Below, piece after piece: positions 48,801 through 58,400 of a stretch of 64,000 nucleotides of DNA. The notes under the pieces were generated by a model that had not been told where the DNA came from, searched no databases, and saw nothing but the letters and a program-made list of their open reading frames with translations. The DNA is from an uncultured Methanomicrobiaceae archaeon. GTDB lineage: Archaea > Halobacteriota > Methanomicrobia > Methanomicrobiales > Methanoculleaceae. Every line of letters begins with the position of its first letter. The stretch's first letter is position 1. Made by a program: the position numbers and the translations under genes. The stretch covers positions 512,001-576,000 of the forward strand of contig CAWGXH010000004.1 of the NCBI GenBank assembly GCA_963826525.1, read 5' to 3'.

Positions 48801-51800
48801 ACGCCGTCGAATGCGTATAATTTGCCGTCTCTGCTCGCGATGTAGACGGTCCCATCGGGTGCAATCGACGGAGATGCGCGTATCTCTTTCCCTGTTTCGT
48901 AAAACCATTTCAGGGTCCCGTCCGGGTTCAGGGCATAGAATTTCTTATCCGCGCTGCCGATATAGATAGTCCCGTCCGCACCGATGGCAGGGGAAGCGTA
49001 ACGGATACTTCCCCCGGTAAGATACGTCCATTTCAATGTGCCGTCGGGATTCAGGGCATAAATCTTCTTGTCGCCTTCATTTCCAAAGTAAAGTGTACCG
49101 TCCGTACCTATCACAGGCGAATTACGGATCGTGCCTCCCGTGGTGTATGCCCAGTTGAGGGTTCCATCGGGATTCAGTGCATAGAGATTCTTATCGTTCG
49201 ATCCAAAGTAAATCATACCGTCCGGACCAATTACCGGCGCACCATAGATAGTCGCTCCTGCCCCTCCTGTGACGTACGACCACTTCAGTGTCCCGTCGGG
49301 ATTTAACGCGCATAAGTTCACGTCGGCTCCAAAATAAATCGTGCCATCAGGTCCGATTGCCGGTGTGCCATAACGAATCCCTCCGCAGGGATATGACCAT
49401 TTTTTCGTTCCATCGGGGTTCAATGCATAGAAAGTATCCTCATTATTCCCGATATAAATCGTTCCATCGGGTCCGATAGTGGGACCCCCAGTAATGATCG
49501 CGGTTGCGTTATACGTCCATTTCAATGTACCGTCGGGATTCAGTGCATATACCAGATTATCCAGGTAATTCCCGATATAAATGGTTCCATCCGCGCCTAT
49601 TGCCGGGGGACCACAAAAAGAATTTCCTGCAGTATACGTCCATTTTAACGTTCCGTCAGGATTAATCGCGTATACGTTCTTATCGTAATTCCCGATATAG
49701 ACGGTGCCATCGGATCCGATAACCGGAACGGCTGACAGGAATGATGACGCTCCCGCGGTGTACACCCATTTCGTGGCATTTGTCTGTGCCCCGACATAGG
49801 GAGACCGACCGGTGTTGTTGAGGTCGGCGCCGCCGAGCTTCGGCCAGGCAGAATCGGCGAGGCCGGTCACGGCCGGAGTCTCGCCGCCGCTGACGGTGAT
49901 GTAGTCCGTCTTCACTTCCGCATCGGTGCCGGCGTCGTTCGTGACCGTCAGGTTCACCGAGTAGGTGCCGGCTGCAGCGTAGGTAGTAACCGGGTTCTGC
50001 TCGGTGCTGTCAACAACACCGTCGTTCTCGAAGTCCCACGCCCAGGCGGTAGGGAAACCGGTGGAGGCTCGGTGAACTGCACGGCGAGCGGAACAACCCC
50101 GGACAGGGGCGTTGCCGTAAAGTTTGCCTCGGTCGGGACGACAAAGCCACAGAGGGTATATCTCTCGAACGACGACATCAGCGGGTAATTGTCGGTACAT
50201 GCATCGATATAAGGCTCATCTCCGATCCCGTTGCCGTCCACATCGGTCCCGGTATAGTTCGATCCCCAGTAATTGCCCATCCATGATGCGTGTGCAGAAC
50301 CCATGTACGCGTAGGCGATCTGCTCGGGGCTCTCCCAGTCCTGGGCATGACCGTTGTCATTCACCAGCGGTACATCGTTGCCGGTGATGTCGTTGAGATA
50401 GATGTTGCTTGTTCCGCCACCCTTGGTAATCTTGAAACCGGCCGCATTTGCACTGACGGTATTTTCGTGGATTGTGGTATGGTAATTGCTGTACCACAGA
50501 TAGATACCTGCATCGCCGTTTGAAGAGACGGTGTTGTAAGCGACGTCTGCTTCATCGGCCATATAGAGGATCATACCATGCCCGCCGTTATTGGTGACGG
50601 TGTTGTTGGTGACGATTGTATCGTCTACAGCATATATCCTGAAAACTGCCAGATTTAAGCCGGCGTTGTTGCCGGTGGCGGTGTTCTCGGTGACGGTGTT
50701 GTTGTGTGCGAGGTGGGGAGACACAGAACTGGAACCGTATCCATTGAGATAGACGGCATAATCATTCCGGGTCAGGAAATTTTGCGAAATGGTGTTGTTG
50801 TCGCTCCGGTAGACGTAAACGCCCCTGCCAGCCTTTGATACAGTGTTCTCCTGAATGGTGCAGTTGTCGGCATAATCCAGATAAATACCGTAGATGGCCA
50901 ACCCCGTATCACCTTCCGGTGTCCCGTTGATTGATAAACCCGTGAGAGTGACGCCATCTGCAGTAACATGGATGACCGCAGCAGCCGGATCGGCCGCTGT
51001 GATGACGGTGCTCGCAGGGCCTTCTCGAGCGGATCGTAAGAGTCTTGCCGATCGCAATATTTTCTGCGTAGGTGCCGTTGCGGATGACGACCGTATCCCC
51101 GTCGAGAGTGGCATTAATGGCATCCTGGATCGAGGTGAAGTCAGTCGCCCGAATCGTCGACGTACCACGTCCTTACTCCTGGGCAGACGCGGCGATGTAG
51201 TCCGCCTTGATCTCGGAGTCGCTACCGTATGCGTTCGCGACGGTGAGGTTCACGGTGTAGGTTCCGACAGAGGAGTAGGTGTGAACCGGGCTCTGCTCGG
51301 TGCTGTCGACGACGCCGTCGTTCTCAAAGTCCCAGGCAAGCAGTCGGGCTACCGGTCGAAGCATCGGTGAATGCAACGGTCAGGGGCGCGATGCCGGTGG
51401 TAACGTTTGCAGTGAAACCTGCAGTCGGTGCACAGGTCAGGCCGTGCCGGGAAGTAGGTCGCCAGCGGTCGACGAGCGGAGCGTGCCACTGTGCGCCGAG
51501 CGTATACGCCGCGTCGACACGCCGTTACGCGCACCGCCGGTGTAACGCTGTAAAGCCGAGCGGGCGGTCGCGTCCCGGTAGGTGTAGCGGTGGACGAGGT
51601 GCCAGGCCAGGCCAGGGGAACCGGCGGGTGAACGGAACAGGTCGGCCGGCGAGAAAGGAGGAACCGGTGCGGCAGCGGCCCGCAGGCCGAGGTGGGGCGG
51701 TGGGGCAACGTGTCCGGCGAGGTGACCCCGAGCACCGTCGAACCGGGTCGCCGCGCGGGTCCCACCGCGCCGAAGGTGGGCGAAGGTGGGCCGCGCCGGA

Positions 51801-53580
51801 TACAGCAGAACCGGGTCGGAACCGAAACGTGGGTCCAGCGTAACACGGCCGGAGATGCCGAGAGAGGCGGTCGGAGAAACCGGTGAAGGTACAGCCGTGA
51901 CCGGCGCCGCACCGGAGAAGCGAGACCGCCAGAACCGACCGTCGAGACGGTGCCGGGGCCGGAGAAGCAGCGCCGGCCGGGGAGACCGCACCACGCCGCA
52001 CCTCGCCGTGAGGGTACGCCACCGAGGGGTAGCCAGGGGTACGAGCGGCGGAGACCAGGATCGTCGCCGTCGCAGGGACGAGCTGGAGAAGGCCGAAGAG
52101 ATCGGTGAAGCGCACCGGAGGCGCCGACGGTCCAGGCTGCCGGTGACGTCACGGTGAATAGTGGTCCCCACAGCAGACCGCCGGCACGTCGCCGTCAGGT
52201 TGACGGTGTAGGTGCCGCCGCGGTATAGGTATAGGACGGACCGCCGCAGATTGTCTGACGAACGTCCAGCCAGGAGGTCGGGCTGCCGGTCGAAGTGTCG
52301 GTAAACGGACGCAAACGGAGCAGCCGGAAGTCACGTCGGTGGTGAAGCAGCGACCGGCGCAGGGGGAAGTTCGTCGGTGACGGTTATGTAATCGGTGACG
52401 TTGCTCCACGACGTGCCGGCCGCGTTCGTTGCCGAGTGCCGCACCGGTACGACCGACGCCGGCGAAGGTGTGGACCGGGTTCTGCTCTGTGAAGACCTGC
52501 CCGGTATCGTCGCTGAAATACTGGAGGGTGCAGGGGTATCGGTGAACCCGACTGTGAACGGAGCAGTTCCGGAGGTTACGTTGACGGTGAAGTCCGCGAC
52601 CGGTGCCGTCAGCGGGGTATAGAGGAGCTGAGTACCCGCTCGACCCGGCGCCCGAAATCCGGTTCGTCCAGGAGAATCCCCTGACCCTGGACTGCCGCCA
52701 GCCGCCACGCGTAGGTATTGAAAGTGGCACGGCCGGGCAGGTTATGGAACGTATACTCGACCTTCGCGGCACCGCTGTCGGTCAGCCCGGAGAATACGGT
52801 CGGGTTCAGAGCGCCGACCCCAAGGTCGATGAACATCAGCTGGTAGGTCTGGCCGTCGTTCTGGTCCTGCCCGTAATAGAGCGGCAGGTACGGCGGGACG
52901 TCCAGCGTGCCGGGCCCTGGCTTCCAGGTCTGGGGCCGGTACAGGAAGTCGGCTTTCGTGAACGTCTCTTCGATCACACCATCGTAATGCGAATAGTCGT
53001 CCGGGGGACCGTCCACGGTGGAATTCGGCGTCCAGGCATACCCGCTCGACCTGAGCGTCACGGAAAAGTCATCGGGGATCGTCCCGTTCACGGCAAGCAG
53101 GAGCACGAGGTCGTCGCTCATGCCGGCCGACCCTGTGTTCGTGATGTAGAACGTCCCTGATGGGTCGGTAGCATGCGCGACCGATGCGGTCACCTGCCCG
53201 CTTACGGTTCCGGGATCGGTCGTGACGTGGATCTCGTTCAAGCCGCCGCTGTCGGCTTTGATATAGTACGTGTTGTTATTGCCGGCGCCATAGACAGCCC
53301 CGTCAAGGTTGTACTTCACGCCGGCATCGTTCGCCACGTTGAAGAAGATATGTCGGTTGCTCGACAGGGGCGCGGGAGCGGCGGAGGTGGCGTAGGTGTA
53401 TGCGCCGGTATCGTCGTACTCCAGCACCTGTCCGGTCACCGTCGGGGTCGGCTCGGTTGTGTTCAACGGCAGATCGGCACCCAGCGCCACCGCCGGCACG
53501 GCGATGATCGCGAGGATCAGCAGCAGGACGGCCAGCCGCCCCTGCAGTATTTTGCTTTGAATACGCTCATCTTCTCTCAT
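42849..53580 (-). CDS. Giant (about 3,600 aa) cell-surface protein: signal, domain X, multiple PKD, NosD/pectin-lyase-like beta-helices, PQQ-like beta-propeller, Ig-like, PGF-pre-PGF-like domain and C-terminal TM anchor (many frameshifts)
   Basis: ORF pieces 52609-53709, 52149-52772, 49954-51168, 48599-50200, 44188-48657 and 42849-44078 join in mid-domain with no internal signal peptides; ends ...VIGALYFVRKNR. The single-gene reading is inferred. Confidence 0.7.
46365..47168. repeat. Intragenic direct repeat, copy 1 (beta-helix module), period 1092 bp
   Basis: Near-identical to 47457-48260; matching shadow ORFs are offset by 1092 (46443/47535, 46535/47627, 46800/47892). Confidence 0.95.
47457..48260. 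repeat. Intragenic direct repeat, copy 2
   Basis: The central roughly 470 bp looks identical to copy 1; the few differences lie at the edges. Confidence 0.95.
51440..52140. repeat. Third, deletion-riddled copy of the same module
   Basis: Collinear anchors (gacgagcggagcgt, cgagcgtatacgccgc, gtcggagaaaccggtgaaggtacag, ggagaccaggatcgt) with many missing bases. Confidence 0.85.
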
Positions 53581-53790
53581 ACAACAACTCCTTTCGCCGT
53601 ACGGATGCCGGAAGAACTCTTCTCCGAAACCGGAGTACCGGGTGCCTGCATTCGCAGAGACGCCATTCGAGGAATGCATAAACTCTGATCGGAGAGGGTA
53701 TAAGGTCATTGTGAATTTAGGAAAAGTTAAACATGTTAGTTTAAAAAAGCGACCATGTCTGAAAAGTTAATAATAAATTTAACTCCTTCG
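53581..53790 (-). promoter_or_regulatory. Promoter, 5' leader and palindrome, copy B
   Basis: Same elements as 42388-42595: stem 53647-53678, TATA about 53699-53704, AGTTAAT-N6-TTTAACT 53765-53784. Confidence 0.65.
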
Positions 53791-54022
53791 GGCTCGTTCG
53801 AACCCCCCTTTGTCGACAGATGGCTGCTGGATATTTTCCAGAGTACCCTCTCCCCCGGCATTCTGCCCGGGTTCATTGGAGACATCCTCGAGAAGTGGGC
53901 CGATGCGGAGATCATCATGAAGATGGAGAAAGGCCAACGTCGCGCGGCTCTCCGGCCACAACGATCCTGAAGCGGCGGTCGGCAGCCCGGCAACCGGACG
54001 GCCGGAGAAGAAGGGCCTTCCC

Positions 54023-54840
54023 TTAGAGGGGAATCATCACTGTGCCGAGACAGACGATGCCGAGCACGATGAGCAGCAGAAGATCGCTCTTCCCGGGACG
54101 GGGAGGGCGATAACAGGTTGGCCTCGCGGTCGAAGCGAACCCTCTGCTCTGCATTGCTTCGGTCACGTACCGCGCCCGGTTCATGACCGCTACCGTCATG
54201 GGGACGCCGAGCGCCATGAATTTTCCCCTGTTTTTGATGAACGTCCCCCGGTCGAACTCAAGCCCCCTGGAACGCTGGGCGTCCATGACGTTTCCGAGAT
54301 CCTCGGCGAGCGCCGTCATCGACTTCAGTGCATACCCGAGAGAGAAGGCGATAATCGGGGGCAACCGGCTGGCACGGAGGCTTGCGACGAAATCGGTGTA
54401 GGACGTGGTCATCACGAAGAGGAACGAGACACCCCCGATAGCAAGAACCCGAATTCCCATCGCTGCAGCAAAGAGCAGCCCTCCATGAGTTATCTCCGGG
54501 GAGAACGGGCCAATCTCTGCTGAAAAGTACACCGGGCCCCAGGACACATCCGGAAGAAAAGCGTTGATGACGATGATGAAGATGAAGAGCGGCAGGAGGA
54601 GGGGAAGCAAACGGGAGAACGGCCTGCCGAGGCCGGCGGCAACCGCAAGGCCGACAACGAAGGCAAAGAGGAGTGCGGTGCGACCGGTGACGTCGTGGCA
54701 AATGCGGCGATGCTGATACTGATCAGGGTGAGGAGTTTTGTTCTCGGATCAAGTCGGTGGAGAAACGAATCCACGGGGATGTAACCCGCTGCCCGGCGAG
54801 CATGCCGGCGGCCGGACCGCCTGTATCCGACCGTCGTCAT
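54023..54840 (-). CDS. ecfT: ECF transporter transmembrane T component (frameshift near 54680)
   Basis: SFLHRLDPRTKL, AQRSRGL and AMQSRGF coupling motifs. Confidence 0.9.
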
Positions 54841-56295
54841 GCCTGCTCCTCCGGCACTCTGCGATCGTCCACGATGCGGCCGCGCTCGATCCCGACGATC
54901 CGATCCGCGACTGCGCCGGAGAACTCCGCATCATGCGTCGCGATGATGACCGCCTTTCCCCCGGCGGCGAGAGCGGTGATGCACCCGGCCAGCCTCTGTT
55001 TTGCCCCGGGGTCGAGCCCGAGCGTCGGCTCATCGAGTCACCAGGACCGGCGTATCCATCGTCATGACCGATGCTATGCTCACCCGCTGTTTCTCTCCGA
55101 CCGAAAGGGCAAGCGGCGAGACCTCCAGCCCCAGGTGCCCGATACCGAGCTCTTCGCGCACGGAATCGGTCCTCTGCGCTATCACGTCCGGCAGGGCGCC
55201 GATGTTCGCGGGGGCGAAGGCCAGTTCCTCGGCGATGGTCTCCCCGAAGAGCTGGTAGTCGGCATGCTGGCAGACCAGGCCGACGGTGCGGGCGATCTCC
55301 GCGACGGTACTGTCCCGGATATCTTTTCCGTCCACGGTGATCTGCCCTGACTCCGGGCGGAGAAGGCCGTTTACGTGTTTCAGCAGCGTGCTCTTCCCGG
55401 AGCCGTTCGGGCCTGCGAGCACCGTCACCTCGCCCGGATAGATGGTGAGGGAGACGCTGTCGAGTGCCGGAGTCTGTGCACCCGGATGCCGGAACGTGAC
55501 GTCCTGCAGGGTAATGATGCCTGCGGATGCAGCTCTCGCTCGTGCCGGCCGACGGGATGCTGTGTTCCACGGGAGGGCATGCACCGCACCAGGTTCGCCG
55601 TCGGCGGCTATCGTACCGTCGATGAGGGATATTCGGCGGGAGGCCCATTGGGCGACCAGCTCCGCCCGGTGCTCGGACAGGATGATCGTCATGCCGGCCT
55701 CACGGTTCAGCGCACCGAGGAGGTCGAGGAGTCCGGCCGCACTCGCGGCATCAAGCCCGGAGAACGGTTCGTCAAGGATGAGGATTGCAGGGCGTACAAC
55801 GACTATGGATGCTATCGCCAGTCGCTGGCGTTCCCCCCAGGAGAGGCTGGTCGTCTGCCGGTCCGCAAGGGGATCGAGCCGGAACAGGTGCAGGACCTCG
55901 GTGACCGCCCGGTCGATCCGCGATACGGGCCAGCCGAGCTGCTCGGGGCCGAAGGCAAGCTCACTCACCACGTCGGTCGAGAAGATCTGGTGATCCGGGT
56001 CCTGGAAGACCATGCCGACGGTGGCGGCAAGGTCGCTGATCGTGCAGTCGCGGGTATTCTGCCCGCGGACAAAAATGTCTCCCTCAAGGGTGCCCGGTCG
56101 GGCATGCGGGATCAGACCGTTGCAGCACCGGAGGAACGTCGTCTTCCCGGAGCCGCTCGGGCCGGTCAGCAGTACGCGTTCTCCTTCCCTGATGGTGCAA
56201 TCGATCCCGGTGAGCACCTCCCGTGGCCGCGCCGACCGGGAGGCGGGGTGCCGGAACGAGACCGAGCGGAACTCTATCGCCGTGTCAGCCGTCAT
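54837..56295 (-). CDS. ECF transporter fused double ATPase (frameshift near 55040)
   Basis: Two Walker A motifs (GPSGSGKT, GPNGSGKS), VFQDPDHQ, LSWGERQR and LSVGEKQR. Confidence 0.9.
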
Positions 56296-56842
56296 CCGGC
56301 ACATCGCCCTGCTGCTGCACGATACCCGCCCTGCAGAGGCGCCCGACGATCAGAGCGGCAAGGACACCGCCGATGCCACCGAAGATCAGGTGCGTGACCG
56401 ACGATGCCCCGATGCCGATGAGGATGAAGGTGCTTTCGACGCCCAGAAGCAGGTGCACGCCGTAATTCACCACCATCTTCACGATGTTCCCGGCGGCGCC
56501 GGCGATGAACCCGACCACCGGATGGTCGAGGCGGTAGCCGAACGCAATCGAGACGAGGTCGACGGTGACTCCCATTGCGGTGTACTTGAAGATATCGAAG
56601 ACATGGAGCGCCTCCACGCCGAAGAACGATGCAAGAATGCCGGATACGAGACCGACGTACGTTCCGGCCCCGGGTCTCCGCACGATGGCGGTGCCGATGA
56701 TGACCGGCACCACCCAGAGAATCCCCGAACTCCCGGGGGTGCGGAGCGGAACCTCGATCTCACGCACGACGAAGACGAGCGCTCCGAAGAGCGAGAGCAA
56801 GGCGATCTCGTACAGGCTGAAGTAGGAAGGGCGCTTCATCAT
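56285..56842 (-). CDS. ECF transporter substrate-specific S component (substrate unknown)
   Basis: 185-aa hydrophobic protein with EIALLSLFGAL first helix and IVRRPGAG; directly upstream of the AA and T genes. Confidence 0.8.
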   Translation of the reverse strand: MMKRPSYFSLYEIALLSLFGALVFVVREIEVPLRTPGSSGILWVVPVIIGTAIVRRPGAGTYVGLVSGILASFFGVEALHVFDIFKYTAMGVTVDLVSIAFGYRLDHPVVGFIAGAAGNIVKMVVNYGVHLLLGVESTFILIGIGASSVTHLIFGGIGGVLAALIVGRLCRAGIVQQQGDVPDDG

Positions 56843-57633
56843 CTCTGATCCTCCACAAACGTTGATTCGAGCTCAAGCCGGAAGCCTTCAGGCTGCGGCC
56901 GATCCACGGCGACCATCAGGAACATGTCGGCGACCATGTTTCCGCCGGTGTAGGTGATGTAAAACGATCCCCCGGAATCGGCAGTTTCGGTCACCTGTCC
57001 TTTCCGGGCATCGAGATCGGTAGTTATATGGACTCCGTCCAGACCGGAACCGACCCGCTCGAACCAGAACGTGCAGGTATCCCGTGCCACATCATCGTCA
57101 ACCGTATGCGGGGGATCTGCCACCTCGAGGGTATACCGGTCGCCCTCCCGGAGAGGGGACACCCACCGCGGCGGTTCGCCGGATGCAGCCGTTCCGGAGA
57201 CGTAGTATCCGGAAGTACCGTAGCCGGACTGCCGGTTCGTCCATGTCCTCCCGTCTCCGACATGGAGCCCGTAGACACTGAACGATGCCGTCCCGGCAAG
57301 ATCCGTGAACCGATAGTCGACCCTGACCGAGCCGGTCCTGGAGAGGGCAGGGTTCCCGCCGACTGGCGCCACCCCGAGTTCCACGAAGGCGAGATACCAG
57401 TCTCCGGAAGGCAGGCTGCCCGGGCCGATGGCGATCGCTGTTGCGTAGGGGCGCCAGGACTGGGGGCCGTACCGGAAATCCTGGCAATCGACGGCCGCTG
57501 TGTGCAGGGAAGGGGCAGCCGAACCGCTGTCCTGGGCATAGACCTGCCAGACGGCTGTATCGACCAGGAACGATGCGGCAACGACTACCGCCAGCACGCC
57601 GACCGCCAGCATGACCCTCCTGCGAAACTCCAT
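56839..57633 (-). CDS. Exported or membrane-anchored protein: circularly permuted domain X
   Basis: N-terminal RRR plus hydrophobic segment; the two halves match the PKD-protein domain in swapped order (see findings). Confidence 0.8.
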   Translation of the reverse strand: MEFRRRVMLAVGVLAVVVAASFLVDTAVWQVYAQDSGSAAPSLHTAAVDCQDFRYGPQSWRPYATAIAIGPGSLPSGDWYLAFVELGVAPVGGNPALSRTGSVRVDYRFTDLAGTASFSVYGLHVGDGRTWTNRQSGYGTSGYYVSGTAASGEPPRWVSPLREGDRYTLEVADPPHTVDDDVARDTCTFWFERVGSGLDGVHITTDLDARKGQVTETADSGGSFYITYTGGNMVADMFLMVAVDRPQPEGFRLELESTFVEDQR

Positions 57634-57635
57634 GG

Positions 57636-58340
57636 TCAGTTCCTTTTTACCGCAATCAGTTCCCCGTCCCGTTCATCCACGAAGAGAACCGCCCGGCCGT
57701 TGATGGGGCATGCTTTGGCGGCTTTGCCCTCTTCCAGCATGATGATCCCCCGGGTAACCCGTCGGCCGTCGAGCGTCATGATCTCGTCGACCCCTGCGCC
57801 GAGGAGGTCATCCACCGATGTCGGACCGGTATGGCTGCGGATGGTGCCCTTCTGAAGGAACCTGCCGTCGTTCCGTGTCGCTGCAAGTCCGAGGCCGGCC
57901 ATCGCACCGATCACACCGTCTTCCGTGCCGCCGAGGCCTTTGAGCGGTATGCCGAGGTTCGCTGCCAGTCTCCGGGCGCGTTCCTGGGTGAGCACCGTCT
58001 GCTGGGCGTCACGACCGAATGCGATCACGGCCGCGGCAACCTGATCGAGGGTCGCTCCGGCAAGACCGGGGTCGCTTCCCTCTATGAAGTCGGCGAGCAT
58101 CGTCTCCTCGGCTATGGCGAGGGCCATAGCAAGCGGCCCACTACCGTCGGCCTCGATATGGACGACGGCGCAGCTGTTGTGGGATGTGAACGGGATCGAG
58201 GGGTGGACAAAGAGCTGGTGCCGGGTGACACCCGACACGGGGTGGTGTTCGGCGATCGCGTCGGCGACCGCACGGGCGAGGCGGCCCGTTCCCCGCGATT
58301 CCAGGTTATCGGTATCGTCAAGAGCAAGAAGTATGGTCAT
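57636..58340 (-). CDS. Stand-alone TiaS N-terminal-like (DDTD) protein of unknown function
   Basis: LALDDTDNLESRGTG, RHQL, PFTSHNS, SDPGL and DGVIGAMAGLG resemble the TiaS/Mmp11 N-terminal fold; only 234 aa. Confidence 0.7.
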   Translation of the reverse strand: MTILLALDDTDNLESRGTGRLARAVADAIAEHHPVSGVTRHQLFVHPSIPFTSHNSCAVVHIEADGSGPLAMALAIAEETMLADFIEGSDPGLAGATLDQVAAAVIAFGRDAQQTVLTQERARRLAANLGIPLKGLGGTEDGVIGAMAGLGLAATRNDGRFLQKGTIRSHTGPTSVDDLLGAGVDEIMTLDGRRVTRGIIMLEEGKAAKACPINGRAVLFVDERDGELIAVKRN

Positions 58341-58400
58341 GGTACGTTTCTTCCCGAATAGACTGGGAAGATGGAGACGAAAAACGTGCTGAAACCCGGT

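Noticed and set aside
41130-51340. Recurrent roughly 40-bp sequence gtgctgtcgacgacgccgtcgttctcgaagtccca as a CRISPR array
   Set aside because: Copies are mostly kilobases apart, encode the PKD WDFENDGVVDST motif in frame, and there are no cas genes.
46365-52140. Diversity-generating retroelement template/variable repeat pair
   Set aside because: Differences between the intact copies are not adenine-specific, the third copy shows deletions rather than substitutions, and the only RT nearby is a group II intron protein.
57636-58340. Calling this gene tiaS
   Set aside because: It is far shorter than TiaS and lacks the C-terminal tRNA-binding domains.
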